Shown here one piece after another: positions 48,963-60,925 of a stretch of DNA of 64,000 bases. This DNA is from Candidatus Lustribacter sp. (GTDB lineage: Bacteria > Vulcanimicrobiota > Vulcanimicrobiia > Vulcanimicrobiales > Vulcanimicrobiaceae), in the NCBI GenBank assembly GCA_965277805.1, contig OZ255842.1:2784001-2848000 (forward strand), read 5' to 3'. Below the pieces are notes generated by a model that saw nothing but the letters and a program-made list of their open reading frames with translations, had not been told where the DNA came from and made no database searches. Both the position numbers and the translations under genes were made by a program. Within the stretch, counting starts at the first letter, position 1; each line of letters opens with the position of its first letter.

Positions 48963-50066
48963 CTAGGCCGGACGAAGCTCTTGCCCGCCCCCGGCCGCAG
49001 AGCGAACGTCGTCGACGATCGCACGCAAGCGTGCGATGAAGCGCGGCGGAGCGAATGTTTCGGCGTGCGCGCGCAGGGTTTGTGCGTTGAAGCGGGTGCG
49101 GTCGAAGGCGGTGATGGCGGCGGCGAGCGATGCGTCGTTGGGGTCGTCGAAGAACGTGCCGGTTTGGCCCTCGACGATCGTTTCGAGCGCGCCGCCGGCG
49201 CGCAGGGCGATCGTGGGTGTGCCCGCGGCGGCGGCCTCGAGCGGGACGAGGCCGAAGTCTTCTTCGCCCGGCAGAATCACGGCGCGCGCGTCGCCCGCCA
49301 GCGCGTTGACCGCCGCATCGTCGATATAGCCGTGGAATGTCGTCTGCGTGCCGGCGGCGAGCGCGCGCAGTGCGGCCTCGTGCGGTCCGCTGCCGACGAC
49401 GTGCAACGCTACGCCGGCCTGCGCGCACGCGCGGATCGCCCGGTCGACCGCCTTGTACGAGAGCAAGCGCGAGATCACGACGAAGTAGTCGCCGCGGCCG
49501 GCGCCCGGCGTGAAGCGATCGACGTCGACCGCGCACGGGAGCACGTCGGCGTCGCGTCCGTAGTAGCGGCGAATGCGATCGGCGACGTTGCGCGAGTTGG
49601 CGACGAAGCGGGTCGGGCGCTGCGCGGCGCGCACGTCCCACTTCGCCAGCGCGGCGACGACCGGACGCGCCAGCGGGTTGCCGGTGAGGCCGCCGACGTA
49701 GCGTCCTTCATCGAAAACGAAACGGCTCACGGTGTTGATGTAGCACACGTGCACGGCGCCGGGCGGCACGATCACGCCCTTCGCCCACGATGTCGTGGAA
49801 CTGACGATCGTGTCGTAACCGCGCAGGTCGAACGACTCGAACGCCGCCGGATAGAACGGCGCATAAGCGCGAAAAAGCCTTTGTTTTAAAGGAAAATTCT
49901 GCAGGAACGACGTGTGCACGAGCGCTTGCGGAACGATGTCGGCGAGGTCGGGCGAGTAGATCGAGGTGTACACCGGAGCACCGGGGTACGCCGTGAGAAA
50001 ATGTGCGAAGACCCGCTCCGCGCCGCCGCGCTGGTTGAGGTAATCGTGAACGAGTGCGACGCGCAG
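48963..50066 (-). CDS. GT4 glycosyltransferase; start extended to CTG 50066
   Basis: In-frame LRVALVHDYLNQRGGAERV upstream of the tracked ORF; EDFGLVPLEA. Confidence 0.88.
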   Translation of the reverse strand: MRVALVHDYLNQRGGAERVFAHFLTAYPGAPVYTSIYSPDLADIVPQALVHTSFLQNFPLKQRLFRAYAPFYPAAFESFDLRGYDTIVSSTTSWAKGVIVPPGAVHVCYINTVSRFVFDEGRYVGGLTGNPLARPVVAALAKWDVRAAQRPTRFVANSRNVADRIRRYYGRDADVLPCAVDVDRFTPGAGRGDYFVVISRLLSYKAVDRAIRACAQAGVALHVVGSGPHEAALRALAAGTQTTFHGYIDDAAVNALAGDARAVILPGEEDFGLVPLEAAAAGTPTIALRAGGALETIVEGQTGTFFDDPNDASLAAAITAFDRTRFNAQTLRAHAETFAPPRFIARLRAIVDDVRSAAGGGQELRPA

Positions 50067-50076
50067 GGGTCTAGGA

Positions 50077-51327
50077 TTAGGACTTGCGCGGGAGGACGAG
50101 CGCTACCGTGTAGTGCTGCAGATAAACTTTGGCCATGCGCTGGAGGTCTGCTGGGGTGACGCGATCGATCTGCGCGCCGATCGTTTGCGCGAGCGCCGGA
50201 TCCGCGCCTTCGTTGACGGCGGCGCCGATTTGCCACGCGCGATCGTTCAGGGTCACTGCTTCGAGCGCCCAATCGCCGCGCGCGCTTTCCTTGTAGCGCT
50301 TGATCACGTCCGCCCCAAGCGGCTTGGTCACCGCGCTCTTGAGGATCGCTTGCAGCACGGTCAGGCCGGCGCTCGGATCGACCTGGCTGCCGTTGATCGC
50401 GACGATGAACGACGACGGTTTGACGTCGTAGGTGTAGACGACGTTGATCCCGCGCTCGAAGGCCTCGGGCGTCGTCGTGCTCTGGCGCGAGGCAACGTCG
50501 TTGAGCATCGAACGCAGCACCAGCATCGCGCCGAAGTCGGGATCGTTCATGGCGGGCGCGGCAAAACCGACGAACGCGAACGGAACGCCGATCTCACGCG
50601 AGGTCACGAGGTGCTTGGGTTGGGGACCGAAGGCTTGAGCGGCGAGTACCGGCGGCGCCTCACTGCCGGCGGGCAGCGCGCCGATCACGGCGTTGATCGC
50701 GGTATTCGATGCGTCGTCGACCGCCCCGGTCGCGGTCGCGAAGGCATCGCCGCGCAGGTAGTGGGCGGCGAAGAACGCGGCGACGTCCGCCGGCCCGAGT
50801 TGCGCCAACGACGCGCTCGTGCCGAATGACGGCGCGCCGGCGGTGCCGCGATAATAGGAGTTGCGCAGCATCTCAACGCCGACGGTTACCGGATTCTGCT
50901 CGTCGTCGCCGATGCGATCGGTGAGCCGCGCGCGGGCGGCATTCACCGTCTCGGGCGACGTGTCGAGCGATGCCAACGCGCGCGCGATATCCGCACTCAC
51001 GGCGGGCAGCGCGCTCGGCAGCACTTCAAACGAAAACCGCACGACGCCCGGATCGACCGCGTAGTCGACCGATCCGCCGGCGGCCGCGATGCGGTCGGTC
51101 AGGCGCGTGCCGTCGATCTTGGTGAAGAGCAGCGTCTGCGCGGTCAACGCCGCGAGGCCGTTTTGGGCTGCGATCTGACGCGCGGTGCCGGCACTTACCA
51201 CGAGATCGATGCCGACGAGTTGCGCGCCGGCGTCGCTTTGCGCGTAGAACTTCGTTGCGCCGAGATCGACGGCGTGCGGCGGACCGGAAAGGGCGACGGC
51301 TGCGGCCAGCAGCAGCGGCAGCATCAT
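50077..51327 (-). CDS. Secreted M16 (insulinase) peptidase-like protein lacking HxxEH
   Basis: Signal peptide; GLAALT, GTSASLAQL...V..F...Y, VTPADLQRMAKVYL. Confidence 0.75.
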   Translation of the reverse strand: MMLPLLLAAAVALSGPPHAVDLGATKFYAQSDAGAQLVGIDLVVSAGTARQIAAQNGLAALTAQTLLFTKIDGTRLTDRIAAAGGSVDYAVDPGVVRFSFEVLPSALPAVSADIARALASLDTSPETVNAARARLTDRIGDDEQNPVTVGVEMLRNSYYRGTAGAPSFGTSASLAQLGPADVAAFFAAHYLRGDAFATATGAVDDASNTAINAVIGALPAGSEAPPVLAAQAFGPQPKHLVTSREIGVPFAFVGFAAPAMNDPDFGAMLVLRSMLNDVASRQSTTTPEAFERGINVVYTYDVKPSSFIVAINGSQVDPSAGLTVLQAILKSAVTKPLGADVIKRYKESARGDWALEAVTLNDRAWQIGAAVNEGADPALAQTIGAQIDRVTPADLQRMAKVYLQHYTVALVLPRKS

Positions 51328-52640
51328 TGGGGGATCGCCGGTTGCGGCGCGACGCTGATCGAGACGCCGGGCCGATCGAGGTATTTGGCGGCCGTCGCCG
51401 CGACGAACTCAGGCGTGAGCCCGTTCGCCGCGCTCAGGTAAGCGCCGGAAATTCCGCCTTCGCCGGGCGCGTAGCTCGCATTGCCTTCCACAGCGTACCA
51501 GCCGTAGGTGTCGGCCAGTTCGGCCGGGGTCTCGCCGTCGCTGAGGATGTGGTAGATGAATTGATGGCGCGCCGCTTCGAACGCCGCGCTGCTCAGCGGC
51601 CGGCGGATCGCCTGCAGCGCCGCATCGACCGCGGTGCGCGCAGCGGCTTGGTCGCCGCCGCTGGCCGTCATCAAAAACACGCCGGGATCGTGATAGGTCA
51701 CGAACGTTCCGACGACGCTCGAACCCGAGCTGCGAACGGCCTTTTGCACGACACCGGTCTCCGGATAAAACAGGTAGTCGGCGATGAAATCGAACGCCGT
51801 CGCCTCGCGTTCGTTGCTGATCGGCGGCCCGGCCCAGCCGAGTCCAAAACCCGGCTCGACCCCGCGGGCCGAAACCGGACCGCTGATGGGGGCCAGTGTT
51901 TCCGGAGCGGGCTTCTCGGCTCCGGCCGCCGCGTCTTCACGTCCCGGCAACGCTGAAGCGAGCACCGACGTGTCGACCGCACCGGTGACGACGAGGACCG
52001 CGTTCGCGGGCCGGAACGCGCGCTCGGCATAGGAACGCACCGCATCGATCGTGAGCGTAGAAAACGAACCGCTCGAACCATAGGGCGGAATCTTCGCCGG
52101 ACCGGCCGCGAAGAGTGCCGCGTAGATGGCATCGGTGATGGCCGCGCCGCGATCGTAGGCGCGCACCGTGCCGTCTTGGATCACGCTGCGGCGCGCCGCG
52201 ACGAGGCCGGGCTCGCTCATGACGGGTGAAAAATACGAGCGCGTCATTGCGCGCACCGCGTCGGCCGCGCGATCGGCCGGCACCACCACCGAAATCGCGA
52301 TGCTCTCCGGGTACGTGCTGATCCTGAGCCGTCCGCCGGCTTGGTGCACGAAGGCCGAGAGCGACGTGCCGGTGACCGGCTGCGAGGCGGCGACCGCCGA
52401 GGCCGCGAGACGGCCGAGACCCGGCACCGCATCGCCCGCAAAGCCGGCGGCCGGTGCACGGTACCAGAGCGCGACGGCCGCGACCGAGGCGCCGCCTTCG
52501 GGCCGCACCAGATACGTGCCGCCGCCGGCCAGCGAGCCCGTGAGCGCCGCCGGTGCCGCTGGATCCGGGCCCGCGCCGGCCGTAGAAACAACGAGGGCCG
52601 CGCCAACCAGCGCGGCCCTCACGACGGCGCCGATGCGCAC
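51324..52640 (-). CDS. Secreted M16 peptidase-like protein lacking HxxEH
   Basis: Signal peptide; VALWYRA, FRPANAVLVVTG, DPGVF, LTPEFVAATAAKYL. Confidence 0.75.
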   Translation of the reverse strand: MRIGAVVRAALVGAALVVSTAGAGPDPAAPAALTGSLAGGGTYLVRPEGGASVAAVALWYRAPAAGFAGDAVPGLGRLAASAVAASQPVTGTSLSAFVHQAGGRLRISTYPESIAISVVVPADRAADAVRAMTRSYFSPVMSEPGLVAARRSVIQDGTVRAYDRGAAITDAIYAALFAAGPAKIPPYGSSGSFSTLTIDAVRSYAERAFRPANAVLVVTGAVDTSVLASALPGREDAAAGAEKPAPETLAPISGPVSARGVEPGFGLGWAGPPISNEREATAFDFIADYLFYPETGVVQKAVRSSGSSVVGTFVTYHDPGVFLMTASGGDQAAARTAVDAALQAIRRPLSSAAFEAARHQFIYHILSDGETPAELADTYGWYAVEGNASYAPGEGGISGAYLSAANGLTPEFVAATAAKYLDRPGVSISVAPQPAIPQ

Positions 52641-52642
52641 CG

Positions 52643-54559
<1,917 letters not shown>

Positions 54560-54650
54560 GGTTGGTGAGACTTTCGTACCGTTCTTTCTGACCGAACGTT
54601 TCTCGCTTCAACCCATGTCGGCGGCATACCGTGGCAAGATCTCAGAGCTC

Positions 54651-55241
54651 CTATTCGGGATCTGAGAAGATGTCCGGGCGGAGTTTCGCGATGTAGGGCA
54701 GAGTCCGGTACCGTTCTTGATAGTCCAAACCGTACCCTACGATAAACTCGTCAGGACATGTCAATCCCACGTAATCGGCCTTAACGTTGGCGATCCGGCG
54801 GTAGGGCTTGTCGAGCAAGACCGCCGAGCGCAAGGACAGCGGCTTCCGGGCCGAGAGCAGCGCGTTGAGGTACGAAAGGGTGAGACCATTGTCGATGATG
54901 TCCTCGACGATGACCACGCGGCGCCCCTCAATAGCGTGGGTGGTATCCTGGATGAGGCGCACCTCACCGGAGGAGCGGCTGGCGTTGCCGTAGCTCGAGA
55001 CCGCGATCACGTCGAGGTAGACCCGGGCCGGGCCCGGTTGGAGCCCGTCGAGCTCCCGGGCGAGGTCGGAGAGCACGTGGACTGCGCCCTTGAGGACCCC
55101 GAGCAGCAGCACGTCCTCGCCGACGTGGTCGCGGGCGATTTGCTCGGCGAGCGAGCGGATCGCGGCGGCGATCTCGGCCTCGCTGAACAGCACGCATTCC
55201 AGATCGGGGTGGAGCGCTCGCGCCGAAGGCTGTGACGTCAT
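54651..55241 (-). CDS. hpt: Hypoxanthine phosphoribosyltransferase
   Basis: GVLKGA, SSYG, IVEDIIDNGLT, FIVGYGLDY..YR.LP. Confidence 0.95.
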   Translation of the reverse strand: MTSQPSARALHPDLECVLFSEAEIAAAIRSLAEQIARDHVGEDVLLLGVLKGAVHVLSDLARELDGLQPGPARVYLDVIAVSSYGNASRSSGEVRLIQDTTHAIEGRRVVIVEDIIDNGLTLSYLNALLSARKPLSLRSAVLLDKPYRRIANVKADYVGLTCPDEFIVGYGLDYQERYRTLPYIAKLRPDIFSDPE

Positions 55242-55259
55242 CCCCGGGCCTTCGCGAAA

Positions 55260-56459
55260 CTAGCCGAGCGTTGCCTTCGCCGTCGCGGCCGCGGGCGTAA
55301 CGACACGCAGCACGACGACGGCGATCGCCAGCGCCGCGGTCAGCACCAGCGCGACCGCGATCACGGTGCCGGTCCATCCGCTCGCACCGTATACGATGCC
55401 GCCGAGCGAACCGAGCACGCTCGACCCCAAATAGTAGGCGAAGAGATAGAGTGCGGTCGCGTGCGCCCGGCCCTGCATTGCGCGGCGCCCGACCCAGCTG
55501 CTTGCAACCGAATGTGCGCCGAAGAACCCGATCGTCAGCACCGTGATGCCGCCGATGATGGTGATCAGATTGCCGGCGAGCGTGATCAGCACGCCGGCGA
55601 GAAAGATCAGCTCGCTGATCCAAAGCACGTTGCGCCGGCCGAAGCGATCGGCGAGCCGCCCCGCGACTGCCGATGCGGCACTGCCGAGCAGATACACGAC
55701 GAAGATCGCGCCGATCGCGGATTGGCTGAGCGCGAACGGCGGCAAGGCCAAGCGAAAGCCGACATAATTGTAGATCGTCACGAACGCGCCCATGATGAGG
55801 AAGCTCGTCACGTAGAGCCACGGCAAACCGGCGTCGGCGATGTGCGCGCGGTATGCGGCGACGTGTTCGCGCGGCGACTGCGGACGCGGCGTGAAGTTGC
55901 TCGACGCGGGCAGCAACAGCGCGACCGCGATCGCGCAGGCGATGCCGACCGCACCGATCGCCACGAGCGCCATCCGCCAGCCCGCCGCATCGGCAACGAA
56001 GCCGACGATGAAGCGCCCCGACATGCCGCCGAGCGCGGTGCCCGCAACGTAGAGGCCCATCGAGAATCCGAGCGCCGCGGGCGCCACCTCTTCGCTGATG
56101 TAGGCCATCGCGATCGCGGGCACGCCGCTGATCGCAACGCCTTCGAGCAGCCGCAGCCCGAGCAGCGTGGGGAAGTTCGGTGCGGCCGCGCACAAGAACG
56201 TGATCGCGCTCGAGATCGCGAGCGACGCAACGATCGGGAGCTTGCGGCCGAGCGTCTCCGAGAGCGAGCCCGCGACGAATAGCGCGACGGCGAGCGCCAG
56301 CGTGGTGGCCGAGAGCACCAGGCTCGCAGTCGCCGGCGCAACCGCGAACTCGCGCGCGAGCGCGGGCAGCAGCGGCTGCACGTCGTAGAGCGCCGCAAAC
56401 GTTGCAAAACCAGCCAGCAGCAACGCAAAGCTGGCTAGCCAATACCGCCGCGTGTTCAC
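55260..56459 (-). CDS. MFS transporter (YnfM-like)
   Basis: 12-TM pattern; LYDVQPLLP, AMAYISEE, LADRFGRR. Confidence 0.9.
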   Translation of the reverse strand: MNTRRYWLASFALLLAGFATFAALYDVQPLLPALAREFAVAPATASLVLSATTLALAVALFVAGSLSETLGRKLPIVASLAISSAITFLCAAAPNFPTLLGLRLLEGVAISGVPAIAMAYISEEVAPAALGFSMGLYVAGTALGGMSGRFIVGFVADAAGWRMALVAIGAVGIACAIAVALLLPASSNFTPRPQSPREHVAAYRAHIADAGLPWLYVTSFLIMGAFVTIYNYVGFRLALPPFALSQSAIGAIFVVYLLGSAASAVAGRLADRFGRRNVLWISELIFLAGVLITLAGNLITIIGGITVLTIGFFGAHSVASSWVGRRAMQGRAHATALYLFAYYLGSSVLGSLGGIVYGASGWTGTVIAVALVLTAALAIAVVVLRVVTPAAATAKATLG

Positions 56460-57319
56460 GCGCCGGGTTCGATCTCGCCGTTGACCGCTTCGACGCCGGG
56501 CTTCAGAAACACGCGCGCGCCGGGCGCCGCGTCGAGCGCGGCTTCGATGCGCTCGAACGGAATGTCGCGCAAGAGGTCGCGCTCGCGCAGGCGCTCGCGC
56601 AGATCCTTGCGCGCGCGCGCACGCTCGTCGCCCGAACGTTCGGCGCGCACGATCTCGGCGCAGCGCGCGACCGATACATCGAGTTGCGGAAAGTCGGCCC
56701 GCAAATCGTCGAGCCGCGCGCGCAGCGCGTTGCGCCGGTAGCGCACGTGCGCGTTCGTCGGATCGAGCGCGTACGGCAATCCGATCCGCCGCAGTTCGGC
56801 GTGCAGTTCGGCGTGCGTGACGCGCAGGAACGGACGCACGAGATCGATGCCCTCGGCAAGCGGGCGGCGCGGCGGCATGCCCGCGAGGCCGTCGAGTCCG
56901 CTGCCGCGGAAGAGCGCGAGCAGCACCGTCTCGGTTTGATCTTCCGCGCAGTGCGCGGTCGCGATCGCGGTTGCGCCGCAGTCGCGCGCGATCGCCTCCA
57001 GCGCCGCATAGCGCGCCGTGCGCAGCGCGGCTTCATCATCGTCCGCGCTCACGGCCGCAACGCGCACCGGACGGTCGAGGCGCGCGCCGAGCGAGAGCAC
57101 GACGCATTCATCTTGCCACGCCGACGCGCGCAATCCGTGATTGACGTGCGCGAGCACGACCGAGAAATCATCGGCCCGCCCGATGCGGTCGAGCACGGCC
57201 GCCAGCACGACCGAGTCCGGGCCGCCCGACGTCGCGACGACGACGGTCGCGCCCGCGGGCACGCGCAGCGTGCGCCGCACGCGGTTATCGAGAAACGCGC
57301 CCGGCCGCGCGCCGCGCAT
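56456..57319 (-). CDS. tilS: tRNA(Ile) lysidine synthetase, short form
   Basis: SGGPDS, HVNHGLR, AH..DQTET, RP, DPTN, RN.LR. Confidence 0.93.
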   Translation of the reverse strand: MRGARPGAFLDNRVRRTLRVPAGATVVVATSGGPDSVVLAAVLDRIGRADDFSVVLAHVNHGLRASAWQDECVVLSLGARLDRPVRVAAVSADDDEAALRTARYAALEAIARDCGATAIATAHCAEDQTETVLLALFRGSGLDGLAGMPPRRPLAEGIDLVRPFLRVTHAELHAELRRIGLPYALDPTNAHVRYRRNALRARLDDLRADFPQLDVSVARCAEIVRAERSGDERARARKDLRERLRERDLLRDIPFERIEAALDAAPGARVFLKPGVEAVNGEIEPGA

Positions 57320-57813
57320 TAGCTGGTCGCGCGCTCCAGGTCGCGCTTCGCGTCGCGCTCGGCGATCGTGCGGCGCTTGTCCCAGATCTTCTTGCCGCGC
57401 ATCAGTCCCAGTTCGAGCTTCACCCGCCCGCGCTTGAAGTACAGCCGCAGCGGGATCAGCGTGAGGCCCTTTTCGGCCGCGCGTCCGGTCAGCCGTTCGA
57501 GCTGCTCCTTGTGCAAGAGCAGCTTGCGCGGGCGGCCGGGCTCGTGGTTGAAGATGCTGCCTTCCTTATACGGGGGAATGGTGAAGTTGACGAGCCACAG
57601 CTCGCCGTCGCGCACGCGGGCAAAGCCCTCGTTGAGGCTGAGGTTGCCGTTGCGAATCGACTTGATCTCGGTGCCGCTGAGCGCAACGCCGACCTCGAGC
57701 GACTCGAGTTTCTCGTATTCGAAGCGCGCCCGGCGATTGTCGAACGTCGGCTCCTTTGCTGCGCTCTTCTGCTCGCCCGCGGCCGCCGCTTTGCGCGCGA
57801 CTTTGGATTTCAT
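57319..57813 (-). CDS. smpB: SsrA-binding protein
   Basis: NRRARFEY, L.GTEIKSIR, RKLLLHK, GKK..DKR. Confidence 0.97.
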   Translation of the reverse strand: MKSKVARKAAAAGEQKSAAKEPTFDNRRARFEYEKLESLEVGVALSGTEIKSIRNGNLSLNEGFARVRDGELWLVNFTIPPYKEGSIFNHEPGRPRKLLLHKEQLERLTGRAAEKGLTLIPLRLYFKRGRVKLELGLMRGKKIWDKRRTIAERDAKRDLERATS

Positions 57814-58217
57814 AGCGGACCAAGAGACACGAAGGTGCCCTCGGCGGTTGCGAGGACCGTGCCGTCTTCGAGCGTCAGGCTTGCTTCGAGGAAGAGGACG
57901 TTGCGGCGGCGCTCCTTGTAGCGGCCGCGCATCACGAGCGTTTCGCCGAGCGGCACGGGCTTGCGAAAGCGGATCTCGCACGACGCGGTCGTCGCCCGCT
58001 CGCCGATGAAACGGCACGCGTGCGCCATCGCTTCGTCGAGCAGCATCATCACGATCCCGCCGTGGGTCACGCCGCGATAGCCCTGCAGGCGCGGGCCCAG
58101 CATCACTTGGCTGCGCGCGCCGTCGCTGCCGTCCGGCTCGAACTCCAAATGCAGGCCGTCGGGGTTATGCGGCCCGCACGCAAAGCAGCGCCGGTCGTCA
58201 ACAAATTCTTCGATCAT
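57810..58217 (-). CDS. PaaI family hotdog thioesterase
   Basis: CFACGPHNPDGL, QGY.GVTHGG, LLDEAM. Confidence 0.9.
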   Translation of the reverse strand: MIEEFVDDRRCFACGPHNPDGLHLEFEPDGSDGARSQVMLGPRLQGYRGVTHGGIVMMLLDEAMAHACRFIGERATTASCEIRFRKPVPLGETLVMRGRYKERRRNVLFLEASLTLEDGTVLATAEGTFVSLGPL

Positions 58218-59083
58218 TTGGGCAGCTTCGCCAGCAGCGTCCGCGCGTATTCTACGTCGACCCCGGCCGCGATCGATGCATTCAAGACGCGGCGCGCGTC
58301 GGCCGGGCGCTTCTCGTCCAAGTAAATGCGGGCCAGGAGTGTATAGCCGTGCCGGCCGGCCTCACCGACGTGACCGACGTCGATCTCGAGACCGCGCGTC
58401 GCATAGTCGGCGGCGGCGGGATACTGCCGCAGATCGTCCAGCAGCGAGGCGATGTGGAAGTCGATGTCGGCGTACTGCGGCACGACGTTGGGCACGTCGA
58501 TCGCGTAGCTCAGGCCGCGCTGCGGATCCTTGAGATCGACTTGATAGAGCGTGGCGAGGTATTCGCGCGCCAGCACGTCGTTCGGATCGTGCGCGAGCGC
58601 GGCGAGGAACTCCACCTTGGCCCGGTTCGCGCTGCGCTCGTTCATGCGCAGGATGCCGAGGCCGACGTGCGCGCCGGCCGCGTCCGGAGCGGCGGCCAAC
58701 GCGGCCGTGAAGGCTTCGCGCGCATCGGCGTCGCGATCGCGTCCGGCCGCAGTCGCGAACAAGTACGAGAAACCCAATCGCAGCTGCGTCGTGTAGCCGT
58801 GCGGATCGGCGACGAGCCGGTCTTCTTCCGTCGCGATCAACGCGTCCAAATTGCCCGGGGATTGCGCTGCCGCGGCATTGAGAAATGCGATCGCGAGCGT
58901 GTTGTCGGGTGCGGCGGCGAGGGCTGCTTCGAACTTCGTGCTCGCCGCGGTGAAATCGCGCTGATAGAACGCGCGCAGACCGCTATCGAGCGGCGCGTTG
59001 AAGGCCGCGTCGGCATACGCGCCGCCGGTCACAACCGCGAATGCCAGGGTCGCGTGTGCGAAGAGCGTTCCCACGGCGGTCAT
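58214..59083 (-). CDS. Secreted TPR protein
   Basis: Signal peptide ending AYA; TPR repeats (AHVGLG, LAREYLA). Confidence 0.8.
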   Translation of the reverse strand: MTAVGTLFAHATLAFAVVTGGAYADAAFNAPLDSGLRAFYQRDFTAASTKFEAALAAAPDNTLAIAFLNAAAAQSPGNLDALIATEEDRLVADPHGYTTQLRLGFSYLFATAAGRDRDADAREAFTAALAAAPDAAGAHVGLGILRMNERSANRAKVEFLAALAHDPNDVLAREYLATLYQVDLKDPQRGLSYAIDVPNVVPQYADIDFHIASLLDDLRQYPAAADYATRGLEIDVGHVGEAGRHGYTLLARIYLDEKRPADARRVLNASIAAGVDVEYARTLLAKLPK

Positions 59084-59808
59084 CGGCCGACGAGCAAACG
59101 GCGCGCCAGCGCTTCGGGCAGGTGCGCGGAGACGATCTTCTCCTGCACTTGCGCGATCGGATAATCGAAGCGCACGATGTCGACCGTTCGCGCATCGGAG
59201 TCGTAGAGGGCGAACGACGAACGCGGGTTGAGATCGCGCGGCTGCCCGACGCTGCCGACGTTGACGATGTAGCGCGTACCCGGCTCCAGCACCACCTGGC
59301 CGCCCTGCTGGAGATGCTTGTGCGAAATCGTGCCGTCGGGCTCGAGCCCGTAGTATTCGGCGATGTGCGTGTGGCCGATGAAGATGATCGGCGCATCCGT
59401 CGCCGCGAACGCCCGCCCGGCGCCGGCCTTGTCGAGGATGTACTCGAAGTAGTTCTTCGGCGCGCCGTGCACGAGCAAGAACTCGGGCATGCGGAATTCG
59501 TAACCCAGCGAATTCAGCCACGCTTTGCTCTCGGCGCTGATGACGCGCTGCGTCCAGCGCATCGCTTCGCGCGCCGCGGGGTTGAAGTAATTCAAGCCGA
59601 AATTGTCGATCGCCGCGACATCGTGATTGCCGAGCACGACCGCGGTCGCGAGGTGGCGGATCTTGGCGACGCACTCGTTCGGATTGGGACCGTAGCCGAC
59701 GATATCTCCCAGACACAGGAGCTTGTCGTCCGGCCGCGTTAGCGCGAGCGCAGCGTCGAGAGCCTCGATGTTCGAGTGAACGTCCGAGAGGACCGCGTAA
59801 CGCGGCAC
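59080..59808 (-). CDS. Metallophosphoesterase (calcineurin-like)
   Basis: SDVHSN, LGDIVGYG, GNHD, GHTH, NVGSVGQPRD. Confidence 0.93.
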   Translation of the reverse strand: MPRYAVLSDVHSNIEALDAALALTRPDDKLLCLGDIVGYGPNPNECVAKIRHLATAVVLGNHDVAAIDNFGLNYFNPAAREAMRWTQRVISAESKAWLNSLGYEFRMPEFLLVHGAPKNYFEYILDKAGAGRAFAATDAPIIFIGHTHIAEYYGLEPDGTISHKHLQQGGQVVLEPGTRYIVNVGSVGQPRDLNPRSSFALYDSDARTVDIVRFDYPIAQVQEKIVSAHLPEALARRLLVGR

Positions 59809-59809
59809 G

Positions 59810-60925
59810 TCAGCTCACGCGTTCGCGCAAAGCGTCGAGCGCGGCGGAAAACTCTTCGTAGAACAGCTCCCGCTCTTCGGCGGTACCGACGGTCACGCGG
59901 ATGTAGCCGTTGATCGGCGGTTCGCCCGGCTTACGCACGAACACGCCGCGTTCGAGCAGCGCGTGCATCATCGCTTCGGCCGCTTGGCGCGAGCCGATCT
60001 CGAAGCACACGAAGTTGGTTTGCGACGGCAGCGTGCGCACGCCGGTCCGCGCCGCGAACGCCTGGTACTCATCGCGCCCGCGCACCACCTCGGCCACGAC
60101 GTGTTTCGCGAACGCGCGATCGTCGAGCGCGGCGAGCGCGCCGATCTGGGCCGTGCGGTTCACTCCGAAGTGGTTGCGAATCTTCTGGAAGGTAGCGATG
60201 GCCTCGCGCGAGGCGAGTGCGTAGCCGACGCGCGCTCCGGCCATGCCGTACATCTTGGAGAACGTATAGAGGCGGATCGTGCGCTCGTCGATGCCCTCGG
60301 GCAAACGCGTTCCGCTGGTGACGAAATCCGCGTATGCCTCGTCGAGCACGAACAGCGTCTGCGGCGGCAAGCCGTCGCGCAGGCGCACGACATCAGCGGC
60401 GTCGATGAAGGTGCCGCTCGGGTTGTCGGGATTCGCCAGATAGACGATCTTCGGCTGGAGTTCATGGGCCCGCGCGAGCATCGCATCGACGTCGACCCGG
60501 CCATCGGAAAACGGCGGCACCGTGTGCAGTTCGAGTCCGTGCCCGCGTACCTGAAAGGCGAAGGTGGCATAGCTGCCGTGCGACATCAGCACCGGATCGC
60601 CGAGCGCACCGTAGGTGCGGCAGATCAGGCCGAGCAGTTCATCGACGCCCGAGCCGACGACGATGTTCTCGATCTTGCAGCCGTGGCGTGCCGCCAGCGC
60701 CGTGCGCAAATCGACAGATTCCGGGTCGCCGTAATGGGAGATCAGCGGCAGCGCGGCTTGCATCGCGGCGAGCGCTTTGGGCGAGGGCCCGAACGCGCTC
60801 TCGTTCGCCCCGAGCCGAACCAGCGTCGCGCGGCCGACGCGGCGCGCGAGTTCTTCCGGCGCGACGAACGGCGTCGTCGCCGGCACGGCGCGGATCGCCG
60901 GCGCGGGCTGCGGGTGAACGGACAT
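59810..60925 (-). CDS. PLP-dependent class I/II aminotransferase (HisC-like)
   Basis: LGANES, NPDNPSG, LDEAY, TFSKMYGMAG.RVGY, IRVTVG. Confidence 0.9.
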   Translation of the reverse strand: MSVHPQPAPAIRAVPATTPFVAPEELARRVGRATLVRLGANESAFGPSPKALAAMQAALPLISHYGDPESVDLRTALAARHGCKIENIVVGSGVDELLGLICRTYGALGDPVLMSHGSYATFAFQVRGHGLELHTVPPFSDGRVDVDAMLARAHELQPKIVYLANPDNPSGTFIDAADVVRLRDGLPPQTLFVLDEAYADFVTSGTRLPEGIDERTIRLYTFSKMYGMAGARVGYALASREAIATFQKIRNHFGVNRTAQIGALAALDDRAFAKHVVAEVVRGRDEYQAFAARTGVRTLPSQTNFVCFEIGSRQAAEAMMHALLERGVFVRKPGEPPINGYIRVTVGTAEERELFYEEFSAALDALRERVS

